In this document: positions 18,934 through 27,864 of the stretch, in pieces | How positions within the stretch are numbered: the first letter of the stretch is position 1 | Layout of the letters: each line of letters begins with the position of its first letter | Source: Candidatus Harpocratesius repetitus | GTDB taxonomy: Archaea > Asgardarchaeota > Lokiarchaeia > Sigyniarchaeales > Promethearchaeaceae | Assembly (NCBI GenBank): GCA_021498095.1 | Contig: JAIZWK010000001.1 | Coordinates: 2,790,001 to 2,822,000, forward strand | DNA length: 32,000 nt | Reading direction: 5' to 3' | Translations under genes and position numbers: made by a program | The notes under the pieces: generated by a model | The model's database searches: none | What the model was told of the DNA's origin: nothing | Seen by the model: the letters and a program-made list of their open reading frames with translations, nothing else

Positions 18934-19128
18934 TTCTATTCTTCTATTCTTCTATTCTTCTATTCTTTTATTCTTTTATTCTTTTATTCTTTTATTCTTT
19001 TATCCTTCTATCATTCTTTTATTCTTTTATTCTTTTATTCTTTTATCCTTTTATCCTTTTATCCTTTTATCCTTTTATCCTTCTATCATTCTATCATTCT
19101 ATCATTCTATCATTCTATCATTCTATTC
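18934..19128. repeat. Compound 8-bp tandem array, 24 units in variant blocks
   Basis: TTCTATTC x4, TTTTATTC x4, TTTTATCC x1, TTCTATCA x1, extra TTC, TTTTATTC x3, TTTTATCC x5, TTCTATCA x5, TTCTATTC x1. Lies between convergent genes. Confidence 0.95.
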
Positions 19129-19680
19129 AAATTCTTTTTCCTTTATTTCTTCTTTTAAAATCAAGGGTTCTCCATATTCATTATCAAAACATAATTCAGA
19201 TAGTGATAAACGCTCTTTAGCGGGAGGAACTTCTTCAAAATATCCAATAGGTGTAATTCCAATAACACGACATTTAGGTGGAATTGAAAGAGCACTTTTT
19301 ACAGCATCTTCATCGAACCATCCTATCCAGCAAGTACCTAAACCTTCGTTGGTGGCAGCTAAAATAAGATGTTCCATTATAATAGCGGCATCAACTGGAA
19401 AATAGTTCATTTTATTTCGAGCAATACCAGATTGTTCAGGATCAATGCATACTACTAAGAAAGTAACCGCGGATTCAGTCCATTTTTGACCAATTGCATC
19501 AATTAATTGTTCAACTTTATCAGATTGCGAAACTACAATAATACGAGAACCTTGTTTATGCGCCCAAGAAGGTGCAACTTGTGCAGCAGAAAGAATCCGA
19601 GTAAGAATACTTGTCGGAATGGGTTGATTGATATATTTTCGGATACTACGCCGTTTTGATATCAATTCAGAAAAATCCAT
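19123..19680 (-). CDS. Nitroreductase family protein
   Basis: RRSIRKY, AAQVAPSWAHKQ, DAAIIMEHLILAATNEGLGTCWIG, ITPIGY. Confidence 0.93.
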   Translation of the reverse strand: MDFSELISKRRSIRKYINQPIPTSILTRILSAAQVAPSWAHKQGSRIIVVSQSDKVEQLIDAIGQKWTESAVTFLVVCIDPEQSGIARNKMNYFPVDAAIIMEHLILAATNEGLGTCWIGWFDEDAVKSALSIPPKCRVIGITPIGYFEEVPPAKERLSLSELCFDNEYGEPLILKEEIKEKEFE

Positions 19681-19744
19681 AATTACTTTTGCAAATCATT
19701 TGCTCAAATTTAACTTATCGAAATCTTTGGTACTATCTATAAAT

Positions 19745-20230
19745 GCATATTTTCTTCTTTGATTGTTTTCTTCTTTGATTATTTTCTTCTTTGATTATTT
19801 TCTTCTTTGATTATTTTCTTCTTTGATTATTTTCTTCTTTGATTATTTTCTTCTTTGATTATTTTCTTCTTTGATTATTTTCTTCTTTGATTATTTTCTT
19901 CTTTGATTATTTTCTTCTTTGATTATTTTCTTCTTTGATTATTTTCTTCTTTGATTATTTTCTTCTTTGATTGTTTTCTTCTTTGATTATTTTCTTCTTT
20001 GATTATTTTCTTCTTTGATTATTTTCTTCTTTGATTATTTTCTTCTTTGATTATTTTCTTCTTTGATTATTTTCTTCTTTGATTATTTTCTTCTTTGATT
20101 ATTTTCTTCTTTGATTATTTTCTTCTTTGATTATTTTCTTCTTTGATTATTTTCTTCTTTGATTATTTTCTTCTTTGATTATTTTCTTCTTTGATTATTT
20201 TCTTCTTTGATTATTTTCTTCTTTGATTAT
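19745..20230. repeat. 16-bp tandem array GATTATTTTCTTCTTT x 29 full units, plus one degenerate and one partial flanking unit
   Basis: Units start every 16 bp from 19761 to 20209. 27 are identical; units at 19761 and 19969 read GATTGTTTTCTTCTTT. Degenerate unit at 19745-19760, partial GATTAT at 20225-20230. No spacers. Confidence 0.98.
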
Positions 20231-20332
20231 CTGTAGATTTATATGATATCTTTTTCTATTATTGTCTTTTTGCTCTGATAACACAAAGCTAGATCTTTAA
20301 TATTAAGTACCACTCATATAATACTGATCATC

Positions 20333-21022
20333 ATGTTAGAATATAAAAATATCAAAATTCGCTGGTTAGGACATGATAGCTTTCTAATTCAAACCAATAA
20401 ATCAACTGGAAATAACGAAATTACCATATATTTAGATCCGTATGAAATTTCAAGGAAAGATTTTCCAAAAGCAGATATTGTGATAACTTCTCATGAGCAT
20501 TTTGATCACTGTCATCCAGATTCCATTAATCTTATAAGTGCATCTTCTACTATTCTTGTGGGTCCTCCAATCACACACGATACTTTAAGAAATAAAGTTA
20601 AAACTAAGAAGGAAATTATCTCTTTATCTCCTAATGAAACTATAAATATCAAAGGAATTAAGATTTCTGCAATTCCTGCCTATAATACACACCGATTTCG
20701 AGCACCAGGGAAACCTTTCCATCCGAAAGATTCAGGACATATAGGAACAATACTTCATCTTGGAGAAATCACAATATATCATTCAGGAGATACGGATAAA
20801 ATTACAGAAATGGAAAATTTAAGACCAACTATCGCACTTTTGCCTGTTAGTGGAACGTATGTAATGGATGCACAAGAATGTGCAGAAGCAGTAAAGATAA
20901 TCAATCCAGAAATTGTTATTCCCATGCATGTTGGTCGAGGCATAGGCAGTTTAGATGCTCGATTTGAACTTCGTGATTTACTTCCTTCTTATCGAGTTGA
21001 AATTCTTGATCTCGAAGAGTAA
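20333..21022 (+). CDS. Metallo-beta-lactamase-fold hydrolase (UlaG/UPF0173-like)
   Basis: RWLGHDSF, YLDPY, TSHEHFDH, YHSGDT, LLPVSG, VIPMH. Confidence 0.92.
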   Translation: MLEYKNIKIRWLGHDSFLIQTNKSTGNNEITIYLDPYEISRKDFPKADIVITSHEHFDHCHPDSINLISASSTILVGPPITHDTLRNKVKTKKEIISLSPNETINIKGIKISAIPAYNTHRFRAPGKPFHPKDSGHIGTILHLGEITIYHSGDTDKITEMENLRPTIALLPVSGTYVMDAQECAEAVKIINPEIVIPMHVGRGIGSLDARFELRDLLPSYRVEILDLEE

Positions 21023-21198
21023 TAAGAAGTTAAACTATCTTTTCTATTTTTTTTACTATAGAGTTAAAGTGGGTTTGATTTAAAGTCAAGATATAGATTA
21101 TAATGATTTTTTGAAGAGAAAATTGAATCATTAGGTTTATATGATGTGATTCCATAATAAAAATAAGATTTTTCAGAAAAATCGAAGTGAATTGTAAT

Positions 21199-21600
21199 AT
21201 GGCAGATAAAGAAAAGTTAATGGAAAAAATTGAAGATGGAGAATTTTCTATCGATGATTTACCAGAATTCCTTGCAGTCTTCAAGGAAATTTGTAATGAA
21301 TCGGAAGATGTTGCTGAAGAAGTTGAAGATTGGGATCGAAAGTTCCAGATTACACTTTCTGATGCAGATAATTTCTGGTTTAAAATTGAAGATGGAAAAT
21401 TTGATTACGGAATGGGAGAAATTGAAGAACCTGATGTCACCTTAGAAATGAATGGAGAAACTGCTGCTGGCGTTTTTACTGGTGAGATCGATGCAACAAG
21501 CGCATATATGAGCGGTGATTTAAAGATTATTGGGCCACTTCCTGATGCAGTTAAATTCCGAACTTTAACAGAATTAGTTCGAGAAGAAATGGAAGACTAA
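21199..21600 (+). CDS. SCP2 sterol/lipid-binding domain protein
   Basis: FWFKIEDGKF...EPDVTLEMN...GEIDATSAYMSGDLKIIGPLPDAVKF is the SCP2 signature. ATG 21199 preferred over the track start 21187. Confidence 0.88.
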   Translation: MADKEKLMEKIEDGEFSIDDLPEFLAVFKEICNESEDVAEEVEDWDRKFQITLSDADNFWFKIEDGKFDYGMGEIEEPDVTLEMNGETAAGVFTGEIDATSAYMSGDLKIIGPLPDAVKFRTLTELVREEMED

Positions 21601-21886
21601 TCAAGGTTTACTCACCTAATTAGATAAAAATAGTTGAGATAATCCCTTTTATTATCTTTTCTCATTATGATCTAATGAAAATTTTTTTATTCTACGATTT
21701 TTTATAATCTCCTCGCATTTAGAGGTATTTTTTATATTTTCAATTGTTTTATCATATTCTTAAAAGAACTTATAAAATATATTTGGGAATTATTTATAGA
21801 TAAAAAAGAAGTGAAAAATTAAAAAATATCTTCAAGAAAAATGCTATATAACCACATTTTAATCATAGAAATTATTCTTTTCAAAT

Positions 21887-23335
21887 GTGTCTTGTAAAAA
21901 AATTCATACATCCGAATTTTCACATCAGGAAAAAAACCTAAATAAAAACCTTAAAGAATCATCTTTTGGGTTGAATGCTGAAAATAAGAACAAATATGTG
22001 CGGAAATTTAAATTTTGGCCTGTTTTTATTATGAGTTTTTTACGCACATTCTTCTTCTCTTTATACTCTCTAGCTTTACCAAATTACTTAATTTATGAAA
22101 AGGATATAATACCCAGTATTATTGGCTTGATAAGTTCAATTTCCAGTATTGCTTACATAATCGGTCCATTAGTTGGAAGAAAACTAACAAATAAAATTGG
22201 TATAAAAGATACATTAATTATTTCAACTACCCTAAGTTTTATTTCTATTGTTATTTCAATTCTTTTTGTGATTCCTTGGGTTTTGATATTAGCACGAGCA
22301 ATCGATGGCTTTGTTAATGGATTTTTTTGGCCAAATGCAATCAATTTGGTATCTACATGGGAAAAACGCCATGAAAATTCGAAATCTATCGATTTCTTAA
22401 GGATTTTTAATAATTCTTGGAATTTTGGATTAATTTCAGGGTTTATTTTTGGATATACCTTTGTTCAATTTCTCGGAAGCGATTTTTTAGTGCTCATTAT
22501 CTCTGCTTTCTTTGCCTTTCTTATGATTCCATCAGCTATTGCTTTAGAACGATGCAATAATTTTTTAATTATTAATAATCGAGCAGTAGTTATTCAAGAC
22601 TTTAAGCTTCGACAAACAACTCATCCAGATTCAGCTAATGAAAGAGCAAAATGTGATAAATCAAGCATTAAAGAAAAAATAGAAAATAGCTTAGAAGAAA
22701 AATCCGATATCATAACGCAAAGCCCTCAAAATACCTATAAATTAGCACATATCCCAATAATTATGGCATATGGTGGTATTTTTATTTATGCCTCTTCAAA
22801 GTCAATTTTCAAATTTACTCTACCTTATTTTTTTAAGAATCATAATATTGAATCATCATGGGTGTATTTTGTTGTTCTCTTGCAGCAGATAATGCAAATT
22901 ACAGCTTTGAACATCATGAGCCGTATTTCCACCAAAAAATATGCATTTTTCACCGGGCTTTCATCACTCATCACTATTTCGATAATATTTCTATTTTCTC
23001 CCAATGTGATTTTCATAGCGATATTAATTATAATCAGTGGATTTTCAATTGGATTAATGCAGGGAGTTACTCAGCGGATTGTAATGGATTATACTAAATT
23101 TCACAATACTACCAAATATTCTATGTTGAATGAAATGTTTATGGGAGTATCGTTTGGTATTATGCCATTGATTGCTGGTCTTTTATTAGAGAAGGATATT
23201 TTGTACGATTTTGTTTTTCTTCTAAGTGCTTTAGTAATAGTAGGTATAATTTTGCTGCAAACTTCCAGAAAATATGAAAGAGAATATGAAAAGAAAAACT
23301 TAAAAAAAAAACTGAAAAGAAAAAGAAGGATTTAA
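21887..23335 (+). CDS. MFS transporter; start may be further downstream
   Basis: Two bundles of about six helices with a long central loop. GRKLTNKIGIK resembles MFS motif A; ARAIDGFVNG resembles motif B. Confidence 0.85.
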   Translation: MSCKKIHTSEFSHQEKNLNKNLKESSFGLNAENKNKYVRKFKFWPVFIMSFLRTFFFSLYSLALPNYLIYEKDIIPSIIGLISSISSIAYIIGPLVGRKLTNKIGIKDTLIISTTLSFISIVISILFVIPWVLILARAIDGFVNGFFWPNAINLVSTWEKRHENSKSIDFLRIFNNSWNFGLISGFIFGYTFVQFLGSDFLVLIISAFFAFLMIPSAIALERCNNFLIINNRAVVIQDFKLRQTTHPDSANERAKCDKSSIKEKIENSLEEKSDIITQSPQNTYKLAHIPIIMAYGGIFIYASSKSIFKFTLPYFFKNHNIESSWVYFVVLLQQIMQITALNIMSRISTKKYAFFTGLSSLITISIIFLFSPNVIFIAILIIISGFSIGLMQGVTQRIVMDYTKFHNTTKYSMLNEMFMGVSFGIMPLIAGLLLEKDILYDFVFLLSALVIVGIILLQTSRKYEREYEKKNLKKKLKRKRRI

Positions 23336-23827
23336 GAGTATAGAATTCTCTTTTAACCTTTTTATCCTATAATTTTTTACTTTAAATTTTTTTATCATAT
23401 GAGACTCTAGCAATTTTTTTTATCTTAATCAAATTCTATCTTTTGAGCCAATATTTTCGACAATACTCCCACGCATCCAATTACTATTTGAGTCGGCATC
23501 TTTAAAACATTAAATGCGGTTAAGAATTTCACATTTTCATCATTTTTCTTTGAATTATTGACTTATTTATATGTATTTTTTATAAACGATGTTTCGACAA
23601 AATTATAATTGGGATAGATTTGGGGATTGTGGATAATTTATACAAGATTTTTGGATTTCCTTCAAATTTTCGAATTCTGCTATAACCTCATATAACATTT
23701 ATTCTTATCGAAAAGAAATTTCTTACCAAAACCAATCCAAATTTATATCCAAACTTCAAAATATTAACTAAAATCTCATTCTCATGAAAAATTTCAAAAA
23801 AACACCAAAAAAAAATAAAAAATTAAG

Positions 23828-24808
23828 TTATGAAAGGTGTTCAATTGTTGTGCTTGTTAAATCTTCTGCAAACATTGCTCCAATACTTCTCTCTCGAGCC
23901 AAATCAATGTGAGGTAAACTGCTAAAATCACGCAATTTTAATTCTGCCAATGTTTCAGGAGATATTGATGAAGGAATCTCAAGCTGTTTTGGATTCTCCA
24001 TGAATGTCTTTAAATCACTTAAAGTATGATGGAAATATATTCCTTCTGCGATACGTTCATCGATAGCAACACCCACATCTACAACCTTATGGATTTCTAT
24101 TTGATCAGTTTCTTCATTTACAACAGGTATTTTACGAATTCTATTTAGAGTTAAAAAGACAGAAGCATTCCCCCATTCATAAAGATGATGAATAATTGTT
24201 CCTGATAATCCAACCGAACCCAAATTGGCTACGATAGCACTTGAGAAAAGTGGATCACCTTCAATTAAATCCTTTGGCATTAAACCGAGAAAATCTATGA
24301 ATTTTAGGATTTTTACTAAAAACATCAAAATACCTCTTGGTAATTTTCCAAAGAAATTAATTAATCCTTCAGTATCATTACCTTTATCACTGCGAGCTCT
24401 GTGAACCAAATGGTGAAATCGATGCCTTACACTTTCAGTTGTATCAAAAGGATGAAAATCCATCTTCATCATGGTGCTCTTCCCTTCAAGAGTAAGTTTC
24501 TTCTTTACAACAAAAGCAATATTAATTCGATTTCTTTGGTAATAATTCCTACCAGTAATAAAGCGATTCACCTTTGGATGTTGAGCAATTGCACGAGAAC
24601 AAGCTAAAAGAAAAAGCTGAAAGAGGGTCAATCGCTCAGATTTATCTAAATTATGTTTTTTATTATATTCTTCAATATATGGAAGTGTTTTAGATAAATC
24701 ATATTGTGCAGTATAGTATACAAGCGAATCACAACGGCGCTGCATAAGATGTGCTTCAATTCGCTTGAATGGAGGTAATTTTATCTTGGTTCCATCATAA
24801 CGTCCCAT
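23828..24808 (-). CDS. Stand-alone 2-oxoacid dehydrogenase E2-like acyltransferase catalytic domain, without lipoyl domain
   Basis: RAIAQHPKVNR, RINIAFVV, SAIVANLGSVG. DERIAEG sits at the position of the canonical DHRxxDG motif. Confidence 0.8.
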   Translation of the reverse strand: MGRYDGTKIKLPPFKRIEAHLMQRRCDSLVYYTAQYDLSKTLPYIEEYNKKHNLDKSERLTLFQLFLLACSRAIAQHPKVNRFITGRNYYQRNRINIAFVVKKKLTLEGKSTMMKMDFHPFDTTESVRHRFHHLVHRARSDKGNDTEGLINFFGKLPRGILMFLVKILKFIDFLGLMPKDLIEGDPLFSSAIVANLGSVGLSGTIIHHLYEWGNASVFLTLNRIRKIPVVNEETDQIEIHKVVDVGVAIDERIAEGIYFHHTLSDLKTFMENPKQLEIPSSISPETLAELKLRDFSSLPHIDLARERSIGAMFAEDLTSTTIEHLS

Positions 24809-25067
24809 TTTTTCTCACAAATTTAATGTTAGTATTTTTTCTGAATAATTCACCTTTATCTAGGTGAATTGCTCTTTAATCAAAAGTTTGTTTTATAATT
24901 TAATAAATCTATCGAAATTCCATTAACAGAGAAATTTTTTGCCATGCAAACAAAATGAGAAAAAATGGAAAAGAACAAGCATTATTCTTTATTCTTGTTA
25001 AAACTACATAGAAAAAAAACTTATCAACAATTGTCAGCACTTGTCAGCATTACTTTACTGAACTTTA

Positions 25068-26222
25068 TTAACTAATTTTCTTAGTTTCATCCCCTTGAAT
25101 TCGCTGGGTGCCTTCAGCATCATTTTTAATTGTCTGTTCTGTGATCTCTTGAGCCGTGCTATAGTATTGAGCGAATCTTTTGTTGATCTGCATATTAATT
25201 CGATGTTCACTAGCATCATCACTGAATTTAACAAATATATCTTTAGATTCACTTAATCCCTTTTTACCAAAATCAAACTTAACCGTTAAAATGTGTTGAT
25301 TCCCTGCAGGTTTCAGTTTTTTCCTGTCTAAATCCAATCTTAACTTCACTAAGAATTGATATGTATCTCCAGCTTCAAAAGATCGCAACCAAGTTTTATA
25401 ATTATATTCTTTCAATTTCCCTCGAATTTTTTCAAATGGCATTCGAATAATTGTTGGTTTATATTGCACAGCATCATCTACAGTTATCGTTCCTGCAACC
25501 GGAATAAGTTCTATGCTGGGTTGACTAAATATAATTCGAGTGGTTTGCTCTGTAGCGATTAACATCTTAGTTTTAAGCTCATCTGCATCTTTGGCAAAAA
25601 TATATTTTCCTGTAGATTGTTTTGCAATTTCATAAAGGAGATACACATTATGCTCTCCTAATGCGCCCACTGTATCGATTGAAGCTTTATATTCAAGGGC
25701 TTCACGAGCTAAATTGAAGTATTCTTGATAATTTGGATCAGTGTTATCACCCAATTTAACACGAACGTCTCCTGGTTCTCCATCTGTGATCAGAATTATC
25801 TTTTTGGTTAAAGATCCCTTATAATTCTTTACCATTTTGATACCTTGCTTTAGAGCTTCATATAAAGCAGTTCCACCAAATGCTGAGATTTGATTGATAT
25901 GATCAATAATTTTTTGTCTTGTTTTATTAGTAATTGTCTCATTTCTGATAACTACCTTCACTTCTGATTGAAAAAGAACTAAATTAAAGTTTGTTTCAGC
26001 AGGTAACTGCTCAATTTGTTTGATTAAAGATTCTTTCGCTTTTTGAATACGATTTCCACTCATTGATCCAGAAACATCCAGCAACCAAACTCCAAAGAAT
26101 GGACGGGAAGGTACATCACGCTCAGGAAGAATTTTAATTTCCAATGTCATGGCCAATTGCTGAGTTAATGGTACACAGATAGCAGATTGATTAATATTAA
26201 TAAAGGGTAGTTTATCAGTCAT
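25068..26222 (-). CDS. von Willebrand factor A domain protein with a C-terminal beta-rich domain
   Basis: MIDAS residues intact: LLDVSGSM, GGTALYEAL, ILITDG. Confidence 0.88.
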   Translation of the reverse strand: MTDKLPFININQSAICVPLTQQLAMTLEIKILPERDVPSRPFFGVWLLDVSGSMSGNRIQKAKESLIKQIEQLPAETNFNLVLFQSEVKVVIRNETITNKTRQKIIDHINQISAFGGTALYEALKQGIKMVKNYKGSLTKKIILITDGEPGDVRVKLGDNTDPNYQEYFNLAREALEYKASIDTVGALGEHNVYLLYEIAKQSTGKYIFAKDADELKTKMLIATEQTTRIIFSQPSIELIPVAGTITVDDAVQYKPTIIRMPFEKIRGKLKEYNYKTWLRSFEAGDTYQFLVKLRLDLDRKKLKPAGNQHILTVKFDFGKKGLSESKDIFVKFSDDASEHRINMQINKRFAQYYSTAQEITEQTIKNDAEGTQRIQGDETKKIS

Positions 26223-26255
26223 ATTCGTTCACACTATTACTTTAACTATTTAATC

Positions 26256-26654
26256 TTAAGAATTTATGCTTCCATTCCATAAATATTGATTTAAATTCAC
26301 AGAATCGTCGGATTGAAACCAAATACCTTCCGATTCCAAATATGCTTTCTGAATATTAAAACCATTTTTTAAGCTGATTTTACCTTTAGAATTTATCACT
26401 CGATGCCAAGGTAGATTATATTTTTCAGAGAGGGAATGAAGAATTCGAGAAACTTGACGTGCACCGCGAGGATTTCCTGCCAAACGCGCAATCCCACAAT
26501 ATGTTTGCACTTTTCCACAAGGTATTGATTGAATAATTTTTATAACTTCTTGAGTAAATGATTGTAATTGTAAAAAATGACTATAATTGATAAAATGACC
26601 TTCATAATGATTTGATCTATTGTTAAAATTCTTACAATTTTGAGTTGTTCCCAT
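26256..26654 (-). CDS. atl: Alkyltransferase-like DNA base-flipping protein (Atl/YbaZ, MGMT family); start uncertain
   Basis: IPCGKVQTYCGIARLAG.PRGARQV...LPWHRVINSKG. Trp replaces the catalytic Cys of PCHR, which defines ATL proteins. Confidence 0.9.
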   Translation of the reverse strand: MGTTQNCKNFNNRSNHYEGHFINYSHFLQLQSFTQEVIKIIQSIPCGKVQTYCGIARLAGNPRGARQVSRILHSLSEKYNLPWHRVINSKGKISLKNGFNIQKAYLESEGIWFQSDDSVNLNQYLWNGSINS

Positions 26655-26690
26655 ACTGCTTAATAATTATAATACGAAAAAAAAATAAGT

Positions 26691-26705
26691 TTCTATATAA
26701 TAGAA
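26691..26705. promoter_or_regulatory. Candidate TATA box in the short divergent intergenic region between atl and the 7TM gene
   Basis: Near-palindromic TTCTATATAATAGAA, preceded by an A-run and about 30-35 nt upstream of ATG 26734. Confidence 0.3.
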
Positions 26706-26733
26706 TAACTAAGAATATATTGGATGAAATTAA

Positions 26734-27810
26734 ATGGAATTTCACTGGACAGTTGCTACTATTGTAATGTTTTGTGCCACAATCCCCCAAATATTCGCTA
26801 CAGTTATGAGTATTAGGGGATATATACGATACAAATATAAATCCTTTCTATTTATGATATTTTCATGGGGTTTTATGGGATTAGGTAATATTATTTTGGC
26901 TTTTGGTTATTTATTTATGGATTTCATGATATATCGAATAGGAATTATGCTATCTATTCCGTTAGGCTTTGCAATAATTGTTCTTTTTGATTCAATCTCT
27001 AAAGATCAGTTAAGCATAATTAAATTTTTAATAATGAGTGTTCTTTCAACTGCATTAATCATTTTAGGATTGGAAAATAATTCAGTTGTAGAAAATGTTA
27101 CTAAATTAGAAGAACATACACCTGCAATGAATGGACTTTTCCAAATATTTGGATCGCTTGTATTTTTATTTGCAGGTACACTTTGGTTAATTTATTCTAT
27201 AAAAATATATACAAATGCCCCTAAAACGCTAAAGAAAATTGCTTTAATTAATATGATCGGAGCAATTATTGCAGCTCCAGGTTCAATTATAGCATTTGGA
27301 ACAGGTTTTGTTTGGATTATTCCTGGAACGGATTATACTTTAATTGGGATTGGAGCTCTTTTATGTGCCTATAGCTTTTATAAAGAACCAAAATTAGGAT
27401 ATGTTTTGCCTTTTGTTGTATATAGATTACATGTTATCCAAGCAGATTCTGGATTACCAATTTATGAATATACATGGAATTCTTTAAAATTGAGTAATAA
27501 TGCACTCTTCTCGGGAGCGATTAAAGGTGTTTCTTCAGTTTTAAAAGAATCTTTAGGAAAATGGGAAATGAATGAAATTCTATTTGATAAGGGGAGATTA
27601 ATTTTTGAATACGATTCAGAAACTCCACTGGTGTTTTTATTGATAACTTCTAAATCAACTGCAATAATGCGGCAAGGATTACGATTATTTAGGGAAGAAT
27701 TTGTTCGTAAATTTCGAAAAGCTATTGATATGAATTATATAGATTTATCCAAATTTGATGATGCTGATAAATTAATATGTTCTGCGTTCCCATTTGTAGT
27801 TCATAGGTAA
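26734..27810 (+). CDS. Seven-helix membrane protein with a C-terminal longin-like domain
   Basis: Seven hydrophobic segments in aa 1-215, then VYRLHVIQADSGLPIYEY...LFSGAIKGVSSVLKESLG...NEILFDKGRLIFE...GLRLFREEF (nt 27418-27810). Confidence 0.8.
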   Translation: MEFHWTVATIVMFCATIPQIFATVMSIRGYIRYKYKSFLFMIFSWGFMGLGNIILAFGYLFMDFMIYRIGIMLSIPLGFAIIVLFDSISKDQLSIIKFLIMSVLSTALIILGLENNSVVENVTKLEEHTPAMNGLFQIFGSLVFLFAGTLWLIYSIKIYTNAPKTLKKIALINMIGAIIAAPGSIIAFGTGFVWIIPGTDYTLIGIGALLCAYSFYKEPKLGYVLPFVVYRLHVIQADSGLPIYEYTWNSLKLSNNALFSGAIKGVSSVLKESLGKWEMNEILFDKGRLIFEYDSETPLVFLLITSKSTAIMRQGLRLFREEFVRKFRKAIDMNYIDLSKFDDADKLICSAFPFVVHR

Positions 27811-27864
27811 ACATTTAAAAAAAAGAAAAGTAATAGAATAACGAAGCTAAAAAGGATCGATTAT

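Noticed and set aside
19745-20230. CRISPR array
   Set aside because: Units are directly adjacent with no unique spacers, are only 16 bp long, and no cas genes are present.
23605-23760. Imperfect inverted repeat or MITE (GG-rich left arm, CC-rich right arm) between convergent genes
   Set aside because: Alignment needs several gaps and mismatches in AT-rich DNA; no target duplication or second copy in the window.
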